A stretch of DNA of 64,000 nt from a virus. Lineage: Duplodnaviria; Caudoviricetes. Position 1 is the first letter of the stretch; each line of letters opens with the position of its first letter. The position numbers and the translations under genes are program-made. Below, in pieces: positions 28,556 through 40,507 of this stretch. Under the pieces are notes generated by a model. It ran no database searches, was not told the origin of the DNA, and saw nothing but the letters and a program-made list of their open reading frames with translations. Where the stretch lies: positions 1-64,000 of the IMG/VR virus record IMGVR_UViG_3300033463_000032; one strand, given 5' to 3'.

Positions 28556-29362
28556 ATGCTTAGAGTTATCATTGAAAAGATATCTGAAAATGATTATTCA
28601 CAATCTAAAAGAGGTATAGCATATAAGGTATTCAGGATAAAAGATGGTAAACTTTATCCACCAATGGTAGCTAATCCAGGTGGTGCTGATACTCCATTAG
28701 GCATATGGTTAGATGCAGAAGAAGGTGAATTTGCCGGATTATCCAAGACTGGTAGAAAACAAGTTAAATCTATTGGAAGTGGTAGTTTAGCATATAGACC
28801 TGGATGGCATTTAGGAGATACACCTAGAGCAAAGCAATTTGATAGATCTTTTGGTTGGGAAATAGTTAAACCAGTAGATGATAATCAGATAATGAAAATA
28901 ATCAATAAGTATTCTACATTTGTTAATAGGTATGCTAAGGCATCTAATGTTGGAAATATCTATTACATCAAAGATATAGATGCTTATATTCAGGTAACAA
29001 ATGATAATGCACCATATTTTCCTTATGATTTTATTTGGGCAGAATGTGAATATGTAATGGATATAGATTATCAAGATGAAGCTGATGAACAAGGTTATAT
29101 GAGAACCAATGCTGATGGTACATCTTATAGAAGTGATAAATATCAACATTCATTAGCAGGACTTCCTAGACTTCCTAAGAATGGTTATTACAAATATAGA
29201 ACTAATCCTGATCCTGATACAGTTCCGTGGGTAATCACCGGATCTATAAAAGTCACAAAGTTACTTGATGATTTTGATGTAGATAAGATATTAGGTGGTA
29301 ATGCTCCTGAAAGACAAGGTGGAAATAAAACCTTATCTGAATTAGGACTCACTCAGATATAA
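28556..29362 (+). CDS. MLRVIIE-leader protein with a domain like those in large polyvalent proteins
   Basis: AYKVF..KDGKLYPPM...LAYRPGWHLG..P...WAECEY..DYQ. Confidence 0.6.
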   Translation: MLRVIIEKISENDYSQSKRGIAYKVFRIKDGKLYPPMVANPGGADTPLGIWLDAEEGEFAGLSKTGRKQVKSIGSGSLAYRPGWHLGDTPRAKQFDRSFGWEIVKPVDDNQIMKIINKYSTFVNRYAKASNVGNIYYIKDIDAYIQVTNDNAPYFPYDFIWAECEYVMDIDYQDEADEQGYMRTNADGTSYRSDKYQHSLAGLPRLPKNGYYKYRTNPDPDTVPWVITGSIKVTKLLDDFDVDKILGGNAPERQGGNKTLSELGLTQI

Positions 29363-29479
29363 GGATATAGCCAAATTATGCTCTAGGATCAATTCTAAGA
29401 CGTTCTAGAGCATTAACTATAGAATTAAGTATAATAAACTTAGAAGTGCTTAGAAACGATTTTAGAAAGGAAATAGAAG

Positions 29480-29827
29480 ATGATTGATATTTTGAATGAA
29501 TCTAAAAAAGAAACGATTAAATATAAACTTTATGATGAAGTTTATGATTTAGGGTTATATACTGATACATATGCAGGTAATGGTAATCTATATATAGGAT
29601 TAGTTGATGCAGAAACTGGTGAAGAGTTTGCTGATCTTTCAATTAATATAGAACCATTACCGGATGACTGTATTTGTCTTAGTGATGATTTCCGTAAAGA
29701 ACACATAGCACTTATTAAGAAATACAAATTAGGTACATTTACAGGTGAATATGCTTATAGTGGTTATGGCCAATATCCTATTTATCAGATGAATATGGAT
29801 AATGTAAGAAAATACCTGGTTAATTAA
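29480..29827 (+). CDS. DUF4313-like protein (MIDILNES leader)
   Basis: Y..NGNLYIGL....GE.FADLSINI...TG....SGY..YP. Confidence 0.65.
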   Translation: MIDILNESKKETIKYKLYDEVYDLGLYTDTYAGNGNLYIGLVDAETGEEFADLSINIEPLPDDCICLSDDFRKEHIALIKKYKLGTFTGEYAYSGYGQYPIYQMNMDNVRKYLVN

Positions 29828-29847
29828 ACAGAAAGGATTACTAGAAT

Positions 29848-30678
29848 ATGCTTAAAGTATTTATTGAAGCTGATAAGAGTGAAGAATTTGATACTACATT
29901 TGGTGATGTAGATGATATTCAACTTACCGGAGATGTAGAAAAGGATTTTGATACATTGATCGATACATTACAGCAAAACAGTTTTGAAGAACTGGGAGAT
30001 GAGCTTAATGATGTAGTTAATGATCCTAAACTCTATGATCTTCTTTCTATGGGTTTTGGTGATGGTGAGCTTGCTGATGTTAAGATGAGTTCTACACCTA
30101 CAAGTCTTTATGTTACATCTTTACTTCCATCACAGTCTGAAATCGGTTTGGATAATTCTCTTTCTTATCCTCTTAAGCAAGATTGTTCACATTTGTTTGT
30201 AGATGAACCGATTAAGATCGTAGCACCTATTGTTACATATAGAAAGACTTTCATTGTTGACGGACACCACAGATGGTCCCAGTTATATATGATCAATCCT
30301 AATGCTAAGATTGAGGCTATTAATTTTAACTATGAACAACCATCACCTTATAGAGCATTAAGGAATTTCCAGGGAGCTATTGCCGTTGCTAATAAAGATG
30401 TACCTAAGTCTTACAGCAAGGTAAACAATGTATATGAAATGTCAGAAGGTGCTATTAGAAAGTATGTTGCTGCTAACATTCAAGATGTATGTTGGAAATC
30501 TTTAGTTAAGGTTGGTGTATGTAAGGATAAAGAAAGTGCTATTGATTACATCACTAAAAATGCAATGACTTTGAAGAGAGATAACTTTCCACCTGCTAAT
30601 GCACCAGATAGAGAGTATATGCCACAGACTGATGATAAGTCTATTAACATTGCTAAAAAAGGACAAACTAATATATGA
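29848..30678 (+). CDS. ParB/Srx-like domain protein (MLKVFIE leader)
   Basis: L.PSQSEI...IVDGHHRWSQ. Confidence 0.7.
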   Translation: MLKVFIEADKSEEFDTTFGDVDDIQLTGDVEKDFDTLIDTLQQNSFEELGDELNDVVNDPKLYDLLSMGFGDGELADVKMSSTPTSLYVTSLLPSQSEIGLDNSLSYPLKQDCSHLFVDEPIKIVAPIVTYRKTFIVDGHHRWSQLYMINPNAKIEAINFNYEQPSPYRALRNFQGAIAVANKDVPKSYSKVNNVYEMSEGAIRKYVAANIQDVCWKSLVKVGVCKDKESAIDYITKNAMTLKRDNFPPANAPDREYMPQTDDKSINIAKKGQTNI

Positions 30679-31049
30679 TCAAGGTTAAGTTGGAGCATAA
30701 TGTAGATTTATCCGGAATCCCGGAAGAAAATCAACATGGTGATTGTTTTGTTCAAGCATTACATCAGTTCCTTAAAAATCCTAAGAGATATACATTGGTA
30801 CATGGAGTTGTAACTGGCCAAGGTGCTATAGAAGGAATTGAACATAACCATGCTTGGGTAATAGATGAAAAGAATGAACAAGTAATTGATAATACTTTAC
30901 CTGGCAATAAAAGAATTCCTATAGGAATTTATTACTGGGTTGGTAAGATTTCTATTACCAGAGAATATAAAGAAAAAGAAGTTATGGAAATGATAGATAA
31001 GTATGGAACATATGGTCCTTGGGATGAAGTGTTCAATGATTATCCGTAA
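30675..31049 (+). CDS. Transglutaminase/papain-fold protein (MIKVKLE leader)
   Basis: GDCF...LVHG...HAWV...ID. Confidence 0.55.
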   Translation: MIKVKLEHNVDLSGIPEENQHGDCFVQALHQFLKNPKRYTLVHGVVTGQGAIEGIEHNHAWVIDEKNEQVIDNTLPGNKRIPIGIYYWVGKISITREYKEKEVMEMIDKYGTYGPWDEVFNDYP

Positions 31050-31057
31050 GAGGTGAT

Positions 31058-33814
31058 GTGATGGTAGTTTTTTATAACACAAGGAATTTACCCAGACAGG
31101 ATTATACGATCATATCTTATATGGATAAGCCGGGAAGATGGACTGGTCAAGCATTGATACAACATTCAATGAATCCAATGTATACACCTGAAAGAGAAAT
31201 AACAGCATATCAACTGGAAGGTGAAGATGGTGAAGTATACTGGGTAGATGCTAATACATTATTAATGGCTATGATGCACCATAGTATTTCAATTACTAAT
31301 GGTAGAGTTGTAGGATATACAATTAGATATTATTAATTTGTGAGGCAAAAGATTATGATTGAACGTAAATGGTATGTAGGAGAAGATCGTCAAGGTGGTT
31401 CATTTGGTATGATTTATGGTTCTATGACTGCTGATGAGTGGTTAGACGTTGCTACAGGCTGGATGGATGATGACGGTGCTTTTGATGATGAAGATGGTGA
31501 AACTGAGGAAGAATATAGAGCATACTGGCAAAAGGTAATTGATAGAGATCCACAAGAGTTTATTGATTATTTTGATGATGCTTGGGAACTTACAATGGTT
31601 GAAGGTGAAAAACCAAGAGATCTTGAAGATTATAGTAATCTGTATTATCTGGCTTGGTATAACGGAGAACAGTTTAATGAATATGATTATGAAGAAGATG
31701 CTATTACTGATCTTAAGAACACAATAAACAACCAGATTAAAAAAGATCCATATCAGATTGATTTTTCTGAATGTTATGTAGAAAGTCGTCTTGTATGGGA
31801 TGAAGATGGTAATAGTGCAGAAGTTTGCTATATAGCAGATGGTGATCCAGAATATTCAAAATATATTGAATAAGGAATAAGTTTTATGATCAGAGTAATA
31901 ATAGAATCAAAAACATCTATAGAGGATTTAATGATTTTAGTATTTAGAAATGAATATGAAAATTGTAATGATACTGGTAAGAAGATGTTTAATGATGATT
32001 ATCCGGATTGGAATAATAAAGAAAATATCCGTAATTACTTTTATAATGCATTTGAAGTAGAAGATGAAATCAAATCATATTTCAGATTAGCAGATAAGAA
32101 AGATAAGAAAGGATTACAAGAATTATTAGATCTTGGAACATTACCACCTTATGAAACTTATTTAGTAAATGCATTGTTAAGTGTTATTAGTTAAGGAATT
32201 GCTATGATTAGAATTTTGATTGAAGAACAAAATCATCCAGAACTAACATGTATTTCTTCTGTAGAGTATGAAGAAATAAAAGAGGATTTGTTAAAAGATG
32301 CTCAAGCATTTTGTAATTATAATGGCTATTGGTGTGTTTGTGTTGCTATAAGAAAGTTTCCAAATTGGTATTTAGTTAATTTAGATACTGGATATCTTTT
32401 TACTGCTAACTCTTTAGAAGAGTATAGACACACTTTAAAAGACTGGGGTTTTTCTGAAAATCTAGTACAGTCTGTATATGGAAAGCAAAATGATTTTGAA
32501 AATAAATAATAAAGGAGAAACATAACACATGGATAGAGATGAACTTATTCGTATTGTAGAAGAATTTAAAGCAGATAAATACCCGGATGGTGTGTATGAA
32601 ATCTATGCTGACTATAGGGATGAACTTTCTGATAAACAAGCATTAAAGATTATCAAATCTAAAGATCCTTCCACTACATTCTATGAAATTCTTGAAGAAA
32701 GTTATCTATACACAGATTCTTATTATCAAGATGCTTTAGACAAAGAATTTGAAGATTGGTGTGAATATCATGATTATGATGTAACCATTGATGATCTTCG
32801 TAGTGAAGATGTTTATCTGGATGAATACATTACATTTGAACTTCCATATGACCATTTCTTAGATCAGGAATATTACTGTAGATTGATCGTGGATAATGGT
32901 GATGCTAATTATGATTTCACCAGAAATCCTAACCAGGATAATGGTTATCAGATTGAAAGTGGAGCAGGTATTATCTGGTTAGGTGAACAGTTAGGATATA
33001 CAGTAGAGCAGATGCAACAAGCATTAGATTCTGCTATTAATCCTGATGAATATCCGATAGATCATAAGTTAGGTAAGGATAAGTTCTTAGACAGTCTTAT
33101 TCAAGAAGCAGCAAATGCATTTGGTTGTCCGGCACTTACATTCCTTTGTAAGATGAGTCTTAAGGATTTGATTAAAGTTGCAGAAAACCATGCAGATGTA
33201 AAAGTAGAACTCAATGATATGGGTTGTGGTTTCTTTGATGGTTACAATGGTGGTGGCAGTGTTCTTGAACTTGAATGTGGTAAGAAAGATATCATCATAC
33301 CAAATGATAAGATCTATCAGCTTGTACCGGATATCAAATGTAATGGTATGTATTCGGTAGATGAAGTATATGGCCTTTGGAAAGGTGCATATGCTGATGC
33401 AGAAGCTATTTAATAAATAAAGGAGAAAACAGTATGATTACGTTTTTAAAAGAATTTGTAAGTCCGGAAAGAGAAGAAGCTTGGAAACTTATAGATAAGT
33501 ATCAAGAACGTGAATTTGGTGAAGTTCTTTATTCAGAAGGTGCTAGTGCGATTCTAGTAATGGCACTTCCTTTTAATACATATTCTGAGTTTGATGATGA
33601 AATGTATGAAGGTACATGTAGTGCTATCATAGACCTTATGCATTACACATTAAATTTTACAGCTTATGATGCAGCAAAGGATAAAGATTTTTATGATTCT
33701 ATTCAATATAATAATCTTGAAGATATGATTAACAAACTCCTTAAGCCTATGGCAGATGGTAAAATCACAGAAGAAGATTTTAAAGATCTGTTAGAAACTC
33801 ACATTATAGTTTAA
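31058..33814 (+). CDS. Six tandem hypothetical genes (31058-31336, 31340-31873, 31886-32194, 32204-32509, 32529-33413, 33434-33814), mostly acidic, four with the leader
   Basis: ORF track; RBSs; MRQKIMIE, MIRVIIES, MIRILIEE, MITFLKE starts. Confidence 0.65.
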
Positions 33815-33846
33815 TAGAAATTACCAAATACTATAAATAATAAATA

Positions 33847-33884
33847 AAACCATATCTTAGTAATTTACATTAAGGTATGGTTTT
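33847..33884 (+). terminator. Hairpin terminator
   Basis: AAAACCATATCTTA...TAAGGTATGGTTTT. Confidence 0.6.
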
Positions 33885-34006
33885 AATAAAATAAAAGTAT
33901 TAGGAGTTATCTATATGTCAGAAGAAGAACTGGAAATGTTTGTTACCAGATATTTAGATGAGAAACATGAAGAAACTAAATCTGAAAATATGGAGAAATA
34001 AATAAG

Positions 34007-36833
34007 ATGGTTAAGATTAATTTGAATGAAGATATTAATTCGTATTCATATACAGGACCTGGATTTGCTGATGATAGAATTGACTTAGCAAGCTTTTCAA
34101 ATGATGATGGTTATGTAGAACTAGTTAATGATGGATTTGATTGCTATGTTACTTCTCAATCATTCTTAGGCGATTATGACTTTTATCGTGAATATAAAAT
34201 GTCTAATATTGATGCTGCAATTAAAGATTTTAATACAGAAGTAAAGCATTTTGGAGATACTAGATCTCTTACTCGTAGATTTATAGATCAAGTATTATCT
34301 GAATATGGTAAGTCATTAAGTGATTATGAACCTGGTGGTTTTTATGATAATTTAAGAAAGGGGAAATAAAGATTATGATTACTAAAATTCCATTAAATGA
34401 ATGGAATCGTGGAGATTTTAATGGTTTAGGAACTTCTAATGATCCTAATGATAAAAGAACTAATTACAAGTTTACAGATCTGTATATTCCGGGTAATGAT
34501 GCTGCACCAGATGAATTATTCCAACAAGTAATGAATAATTACATTACAGATCGTGGAGAGTTAGAATCCATTCAGAAGATTCTTGAAAGAAATGGATGGA
34601 AAGAAGAAGCCAAAATTGTTGGTTACTTTATTGATGAGATTGATGAAGAAAAACAGTATGGTGATGATTATTCCATTAGTAGAATGAAGATTGATATTGC
34701 TGATGATTATAAACATGCTGGGTTTAAAGATGCTACTTGGGGCAAGGTAGAATGGGGATTAGATTGTTACTTAGATGGTGATTATGTAATTATTGTTCTT
34801 ACTGATCCAGAAACCTGGGAATCTGATAGCGATAGAGTACCAGTTGAAGAATTTATGAATATGACTAGAGATGACTTTGATAGTTGGGTAGGTCAATTGC
34901 GTTTTTATGGTGATTTTGAACCAGAGGAAGAAGAATAATTAAGGAGAAACTAGTTTATGAATGATACTTATAATTCTGATCTTCAAGAAGCAATTGATTT
35001 AATAACTGCTTATTATGAAGTAGAGTTTGGGGAAGATGTTGATTATCCAAATGAATATTCTTCCGGTAGTGATAATGTTTATCCTCTAATGTATACATCT
35101 GTAGATGGTTCTGATGGATATGAGCATGATATCCAGGTAAGTGCAGATTTAGATGCTTCTGAAATGGTTTATTACGTTGATAATGCTATAGTTTATAGAC
35201 AGAGATATAAAAATCTTCGTGAAATGATCGATAAAGAATTATTTGATTTTGAAGAAAATGCAGATCAGATATTTGATTACTATTATGGTAAGTGTATTAG
35301 ATTTGTAGATTAATGATAGGAGAAATGTTTTTATGTACCAGGAACATTATTTTGAAGTAACTAATTGTGCGTTTCGTACATATCTTTATGATGAAACTGC
35401 AAAAGATAATCGTGGAGATAGAGTAGCCTATTGGTACCCTACAGGTAAGAATAGAATAAGCCGTAATTCTTTTGTAGACTGTGTAAAACAATACATATAT
35501 GCTCCTTTTTCGGAAAATCCTACAGATTGGCAATTTGATAGCGAAAGGAATAAGATAGTGATTTCTGTATTATCTTCCCGTCCTTGTGGTTCATATGCCA
35601 GAGATGGTTTTGCTAAGAAACCTACTAAAAAGGAACTTGCTGATTTCGAAAAAGGTAAAGGTGAGTTGTATATAGTAGAATTTGAAGCAAATGTAGAAGA
35701 AATCTCTATCACTAGCATTACAGAAGAACTTGCCAGAGCAGAAGGTCTGGAAATAATATAAAAATAAACAAGCCTTAGATTGAGTTCTAAGGCTTTCCTT
35801 GTAGGAAATGACTGATTATATTAATTTCTATAAGGTAAGTCTTAGAAAGGCAAATAGAAAGGAATTAGGTTATGATTACTGTTCTTAATGAAAGTAATAT
35901 TAAGCATAACGGTGATGGTACAGTTTGGTGTACTTGTATAAAGTGTACTTATAATGAACCATTCAAGATGCGTAAACATAAAGATCCGGACTTTGGGAAT
36001 GTTGAATGGTATGCAGTATGTCCTAGATGTGGAACTGAATATACAGAATTGTTAGAAAGATGAGGTAATAGAATTATGGATGAACAGGCTGTAAAAAATA
36101 TAATTCGTGATACAATGGCATGGAAACTGACAGAAGAAACCATTAATGGTAAAAAAGTTTGGTGTTATTCCAGAGGTAATGGCGATTATATACCAGTTAA
36201 ATATATTTCCGAAGATGAAAGAGATATATTAATAAATAGTTGTTGGGATGATGTTGAACTTGAACTTGGTGAAATAGATGACATAGACCTTTTTGATGAT
36301 TGGTTTGATGATGTTTTCTATGATGAATTTATGTAATTCTTAAGAGGTAACTAATTATGGCAAGAATACATCTTAATGAAGATTATGATGATTTATATGA
36401 TCTTGTGAAACAATCACAAGATGATGAAATATATGATATCACTCAAGGTAAAATAAAGGATTATATTGATGACCAGGGTAGGTATCTTGATGACGAAGAT
36501 ATCTTGGATGAAATCTTCTGGGAAGATATTGATGATGGTCTGGCATATGATATTGCTAATTCCTGGGTAGATAAACAAAAAGAAGATCCTACATTCATAG
36601 ATAGAATTTATGAAGAAGGTGCTAAGGATTTTGAGAAAATCTGGAAAGCCTTTTTAGATAAGTTTGATGAAATCACCATACAGGGTGAAGATTATGTGAG
36701 AATTGATTCCTTTAGCACATGGTTCTTAAATGGTGATGATTATGATGATCTTTTAGATAATAAAGATGAATTCATTAAGAAACAAATTCAAAGAGTGTTA
36801 GAAGATACTAAAGATCTTACAAAGTATATGTAA
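34007..36833 (+). CDS. Seven tandem hypothetical genes (34007-34369, 34375-34938, 34957-35313, 35333-35761, 35872-36063, 36076-36336, 36357-36833)
   Basis: ORF track; MVKINLNE, MITKIPLNE, MITVLNES, MARIHLNE starts; 35872 is a Zn ribbon; 34957 resembles 33434 (EA..LI..Y...EFGE). Confidence 0.65.
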
Positions 36834-36834
36834 T

Positions 36835-38259
36835 ATGGAAAAATATCTGGTAGAAAATTTAGAAATACATGACACATTAAATCCTAAATTGTGGGATTCT
36901 AATGATAAGCTTATTCCTGATGTAAGGGATAAGATATTAGAAATAGTGGAAGAGTTCAAGAAGAATGTTAAGGAAATGACTGATCTTGAACTTAATCCGC
37001 TTGATATTTATATTGTTGGGTCCAATGCATCATATAATTACACAAGTCATTCTGATGTAGATGTTCATATAGTAATTAATTTTGATACCATTGATGAAAA
37101 TTCCGGGTTAGTTCAATCACTTATGAATTTTCAAAAATCAAGTTTCAATAGTGGATATGACATATCTATTCATGGTATTGATGTAGAACTTTATGTTGAA
37201 GATCTTAATTCTACTGCTTTAAGTAATGGTGTATTTTCCGTTATGCAGGATCAATGGATTAAGAAACCGGAAAAGATAGAAGTAGAAGAAATTGATATCA
37301 ATGATGATGTTGATGAATGGAAAGAAAAAATAAATGCTGCTTTAGATAGTAAATCCGCAGATGATATTGGAAAAGTAATTGATGATCTTTATATTCTTCG
37401 TAAGAACTCCTTACTAAGTGGCGGTGAATTTAGTGAAGGTAATTTAGTTTTTAAATCTATACGAGATTTAGAGTTGTTGCAAGACCTTAAGGATTCGTAT
37501 ACAAAATTAAGATCCAAAGAACTTTCTCTTGAGAATTGGAAGAAGCCACATAAGGTTACTGAGGTTTTTTCTGCATATATAGGTCGTTATGTTGAATGTC
37601 CTAATTGTGGATATGATACTGTTTATATTGGAACTGTTTCAAATGATGGTGCGTTAGTTGTATGTGATGAATGTGGTACAGAATTTGAACCATCATTAAT
37701 TGTGAATGATCAAGGTAAGACAGAGTTAAAGTTATTATCTTTAGAAAAGAAAGGAGTATCAAAAGGTATGAAGATAAATCTTACCGAAAGTGTAAATGAT
37801 TTGTGGTTCAATTCTATTGAAAGAGAAGAAGAAGCTATACCAGATGCAATTCAATATGGTGTATCTGATAGTAAGATTGATAGAATGATTAGTACTTATG
37901 ATAATGTTGTAAGACTTCTTAAGGCTAATAGATCAGAAGTTGTATTTACTACCATGTATAACATAGATGATATAGTAGCACCTGATTTCCTTAGAAACTT
38001 TAAACCAGTTAAGACTATTCAGAAATACAACTTAACATTAAGAAAAGATGATAAAGGAAATCAAATTGTTACAGAACCATCTTATGGTACTATGACACTT
38101 TATTTTGCTAGTGAAGATATTGCTAAAGATATTATTAGTCAATATGAATTTGACTGGGATAATTATGATGATGAATATACACCTAGTTCCACTTATGGAG
38201 ATTATAGCCCTAGTGATCCCTGGAACGCACCTGGAATGTCAAAACAGGACTTTATTTAA
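36835..38259 (+). CDS. Pol-beta-superfamily nucleotidyltransferase + Zn ribbon + extra module
   Basis: IVGSNASYNY...SDVDVH, DVELYVED; CPNC...CDEC; internal MKINLTES at 37768. Confidence 0.8.
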   Translation: MEKYLVENLEIHDTLNPKLWDSNDKLIPDVRDKILEIVEEFKKNVKEMTDLELNPLDIYIVGSNASYNYTSHSDVDVHIVINFDTIDENSGLVQSLMNFQKSSFNSGYDISIHGIDVELYVEDLNSTALSNGVFSVMQDQWIKKPEKIEVEEIDINDDVDEWKEKINAALDSKSADDIGKVIDDLYILRKNSLLSGGEFSEGNLVFKSIRDLELLQDLKDSYTKLRSKELSLENWKKPHKVTEVFSAYIGRYVECPNCGYDTVYIGTVSNDGALVVCDECGTEFEPSLIVNDQGKTELKLLSLEKKGVSKGMKINLTESVNDLWFNSIEREEEAIPDAIQYGVSDSKIDRMISTYDNVVRLLKANRSEVVFTTMYNIDDIVAPDFLRNFKPVKTIQKYNLTLRKDDKGNQIVTEPSYGTMTLYFASEDIAKDIISQYEFDWDNYDDEYTPSSTYGDYSPSDPWNAPGMSKQDFI

Positions 38260-38293
38260 TAAATAATAAATTTAATTATAAGGAGTTTTTATT

Positions 38294-39031
38294 ATGGGTT
38301 ACACTAACTATTGGAAAAGAACTGATAAAGAGTATGATAGTGATTTTGTCGAACTTGTAAAAGATGTATATGCAGATTGCAAGAACAAGGGAATTACTTT
38401 AGGTGATAACTGGGGAGAAGGTGAACCAGTTGCTGATCTTTTGGAGATTGCTTTTAATGGTGACGCTTCTAAAGATTTAGATCATGAAACATTCTATCTT
38501 CCTAATACAGATAATGAGTATTTTAAAGAGGGTTTTAATTTCTGTAAAACAGCAGCTAAACCTTATGACTATGCAGTAAAGGAAGTACTTAGACTTGCTG
38601 AGAAGTATGGATATGTTACTGATGTATCTGATGATGGTGAAGTAGATATTATTTCTGATGCAGAGTATTTAGGAGAATCATATTAGACAGAGAGTAAAAG
38701 TCTTAAAGAGTGGAATGATTGGAATATAGAAGCAATGACTGGTTATAAACCAAAGACTACATTCTATATGGATTTTTCTATTGCAGACAGATTTGGTGCT
38801 AATGCAATTAAAGATACATACAATAGAGCTATGAGAGAGTGGATAGATGATATTGAGTATGTAACTGAATTGTATATGGTCCTTAACTGGAAGATTTGGG
38901 AGCATTATGAAGATAACCCTGAGTATGGTGAACTTTATCAAACTCTTTGGGATAAGTGTGAAAGAGAGATATCTAAGCATTATAGAAATGATAAGGAAGC
39001 AATGAATTATTTTTATAAGACAACAGATTAA
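38294..39031 (+). CDS. Two in-frame ORFs (38294-38686, 38735-39031) separated by one TAG
   Basis: Linker after the TAG is open and reads TESKSLKEW. Confidence 0.65.
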
Positions 39032-39043
39032 GTGAGGTAGCAA

Positions 39044-39469
39044 ATGATTACTGTATTAGAAGCTACAAAGAAACCAGATTTCTTATCAGACATAAATGGT
39101 AGAACTTTTTGGAGAAGATATGCACCAGATATGCAGGAGTTTTCTAGGAAGTTCAAAAGTTGGGTAAAGAAGATCGCAAAAGAGAATGGTTGGGAAGTAG
39201 TAAATTATGGTTATTCTGTAGACCATTTTTCCGGGTTCTTTAAATGTGGTGATACATATATATATTTTGCATATGATCTTCCTTGGGAAGAACCAGTAGA
39301 TGTAACATTGCCTGGAGCTCATTATGGTGTTCTTTATAGAACTGCTAAAGATGATAAAGATTATACAGGTGGTCATAATTGTTTTAGCAGCTTAGAAGAT
39401 TTCCCGGAAGATGTAGCATTTGAAATGAACAGGTTACTTAGAATAAAAGAAAGGAATAATACACTATGA
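39044..39469 (+). CDS. Hypothetical protein (MITVLEA leader)
   Basis: LYRTAKDDKDYTGG.N motif. Confidence 0.7.
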   Translation: MITVLEATKKPDFLSDINGRTFWRRYAPDMQEFSRKFKSWVKKIAKENGWEVVNYGYSVDHFSGFFKCGDTYIYFAYDLPWEEPVDVTLPGAHYGVLYRTAKDDKDYTGGHNCFSSLEDFPEDVAFEMNRLLRIKERNNTL

Positions 39470-40485
39470 TTACTATTCTTAATGAAACAACAAGAAAAGA
39501 AATAGATCAAAGAAATAAACAGATGTGGAATGATATCAGACAATCATTGAAAGATCATGGTGATTCTGATTGGAATAATGCTATTGGTTATATGAATAGA
39601 CTTCCTAAAGAGAAGTCAGATGAGTTTTATAGGTACAGCAGAGAAACTGCTTGTATTGATATGTTGCACTCTATTCTTACTTATTCAGATCCAGAAACCT
39701 GGACAGTAGATAATATTCTTAAAGATCATTATATGCAACAGTATATTAAAGAGTTGGGAAAGGATACTGTAGCGAATCTTATTCAACAAGAAATTGCCGA
39801 GTATCAAGATGCTACTATTGATTATAATTCTTATACAGATAGTGAAGGCCTTTCTTATAACTCTGTAAGATTTAGGGATGATAAATCATATAAAAGAGAA
39901 TCAGTACATACAGATTTAGTAGACCAATTTTTTGCAGATGTTCAAGATGTTGTAGATTATTTTAGATATCACAATAAGAATCTTAATAAGACACAAGATT
40001 ATCTTTTATACGATTTGGAAGATGCTTTAGATAGTAGATCAACATTAGCAGCGAGAGAAGCAATTGCTAATTTGAAGAATCACTCTAAAGGTATGAATAA
40101 CACGCAAAGTTCTATGATTGAAGAATTATATGGAGAGTTATTTGCTAGTGGTGAATACAAAGATATTGGTAGACCATCTTATGATGAATCATATAAGAGA
40201 GAATCAGTTGATGGTAAGCAAACATTAGCAGATTGGATATCTAACCCTAGAAATCAGAGAAGATATGGTAATGATGAAATAATGGTTGTTTGTATGAACC
40301 CTTATTTAGATGATCCTGATGATTGTCCGGGAGTACTGTTTGATGGTACATTTGATGAACTTAAGAACGGTACAGGTGATAATTATATTTCTGATAGTTA
40401 TGATATTTGGGTGGTAACAGGTACTACTTATAAGAGATATGGTGGTACTGATTTCCTTGAAATTAGTGTTGATTCTATTCATTAA
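39466..40485 (+). CDS. Three-module protein (MITILNE leader; SYKRESV linkers)
   Basis: SYKRESV occurs twice, between unrelated modules. Confidence 0.7.
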   Translation: MITILNETTRKEIDQRNKQMWNDIRQSLKDHGDSDWNNAIGYMNRLPKEKSDEFYRYSRETACIDMLHSILTYSDPETWTVDNILKDHYMQQYIKELGKDTVANLIQQEIAEYQDATIDYNSYTDSEGLSYNSVRFRDDKSYKRESVHTDLVDQFFADVQDVVDYFRYHNKNLNKTQDYLLYDLEDALDSRSTLAAREAIANLKNHSKGMNNTQSSMIEELYGELFASGEYKDIGRPSYDESYKRESVDGKQTLADWISNPRNQRRYGNDEIMVVCMNPYLDDPDDCPGVLFDGTFDELKNGTGDNYISDSYDIWVVTGTTYKRYGGTDFLEISVDSIH

Positions 40486-40507
40486 AAAGTAAGTGAGGTA
40501 GTGAGAT

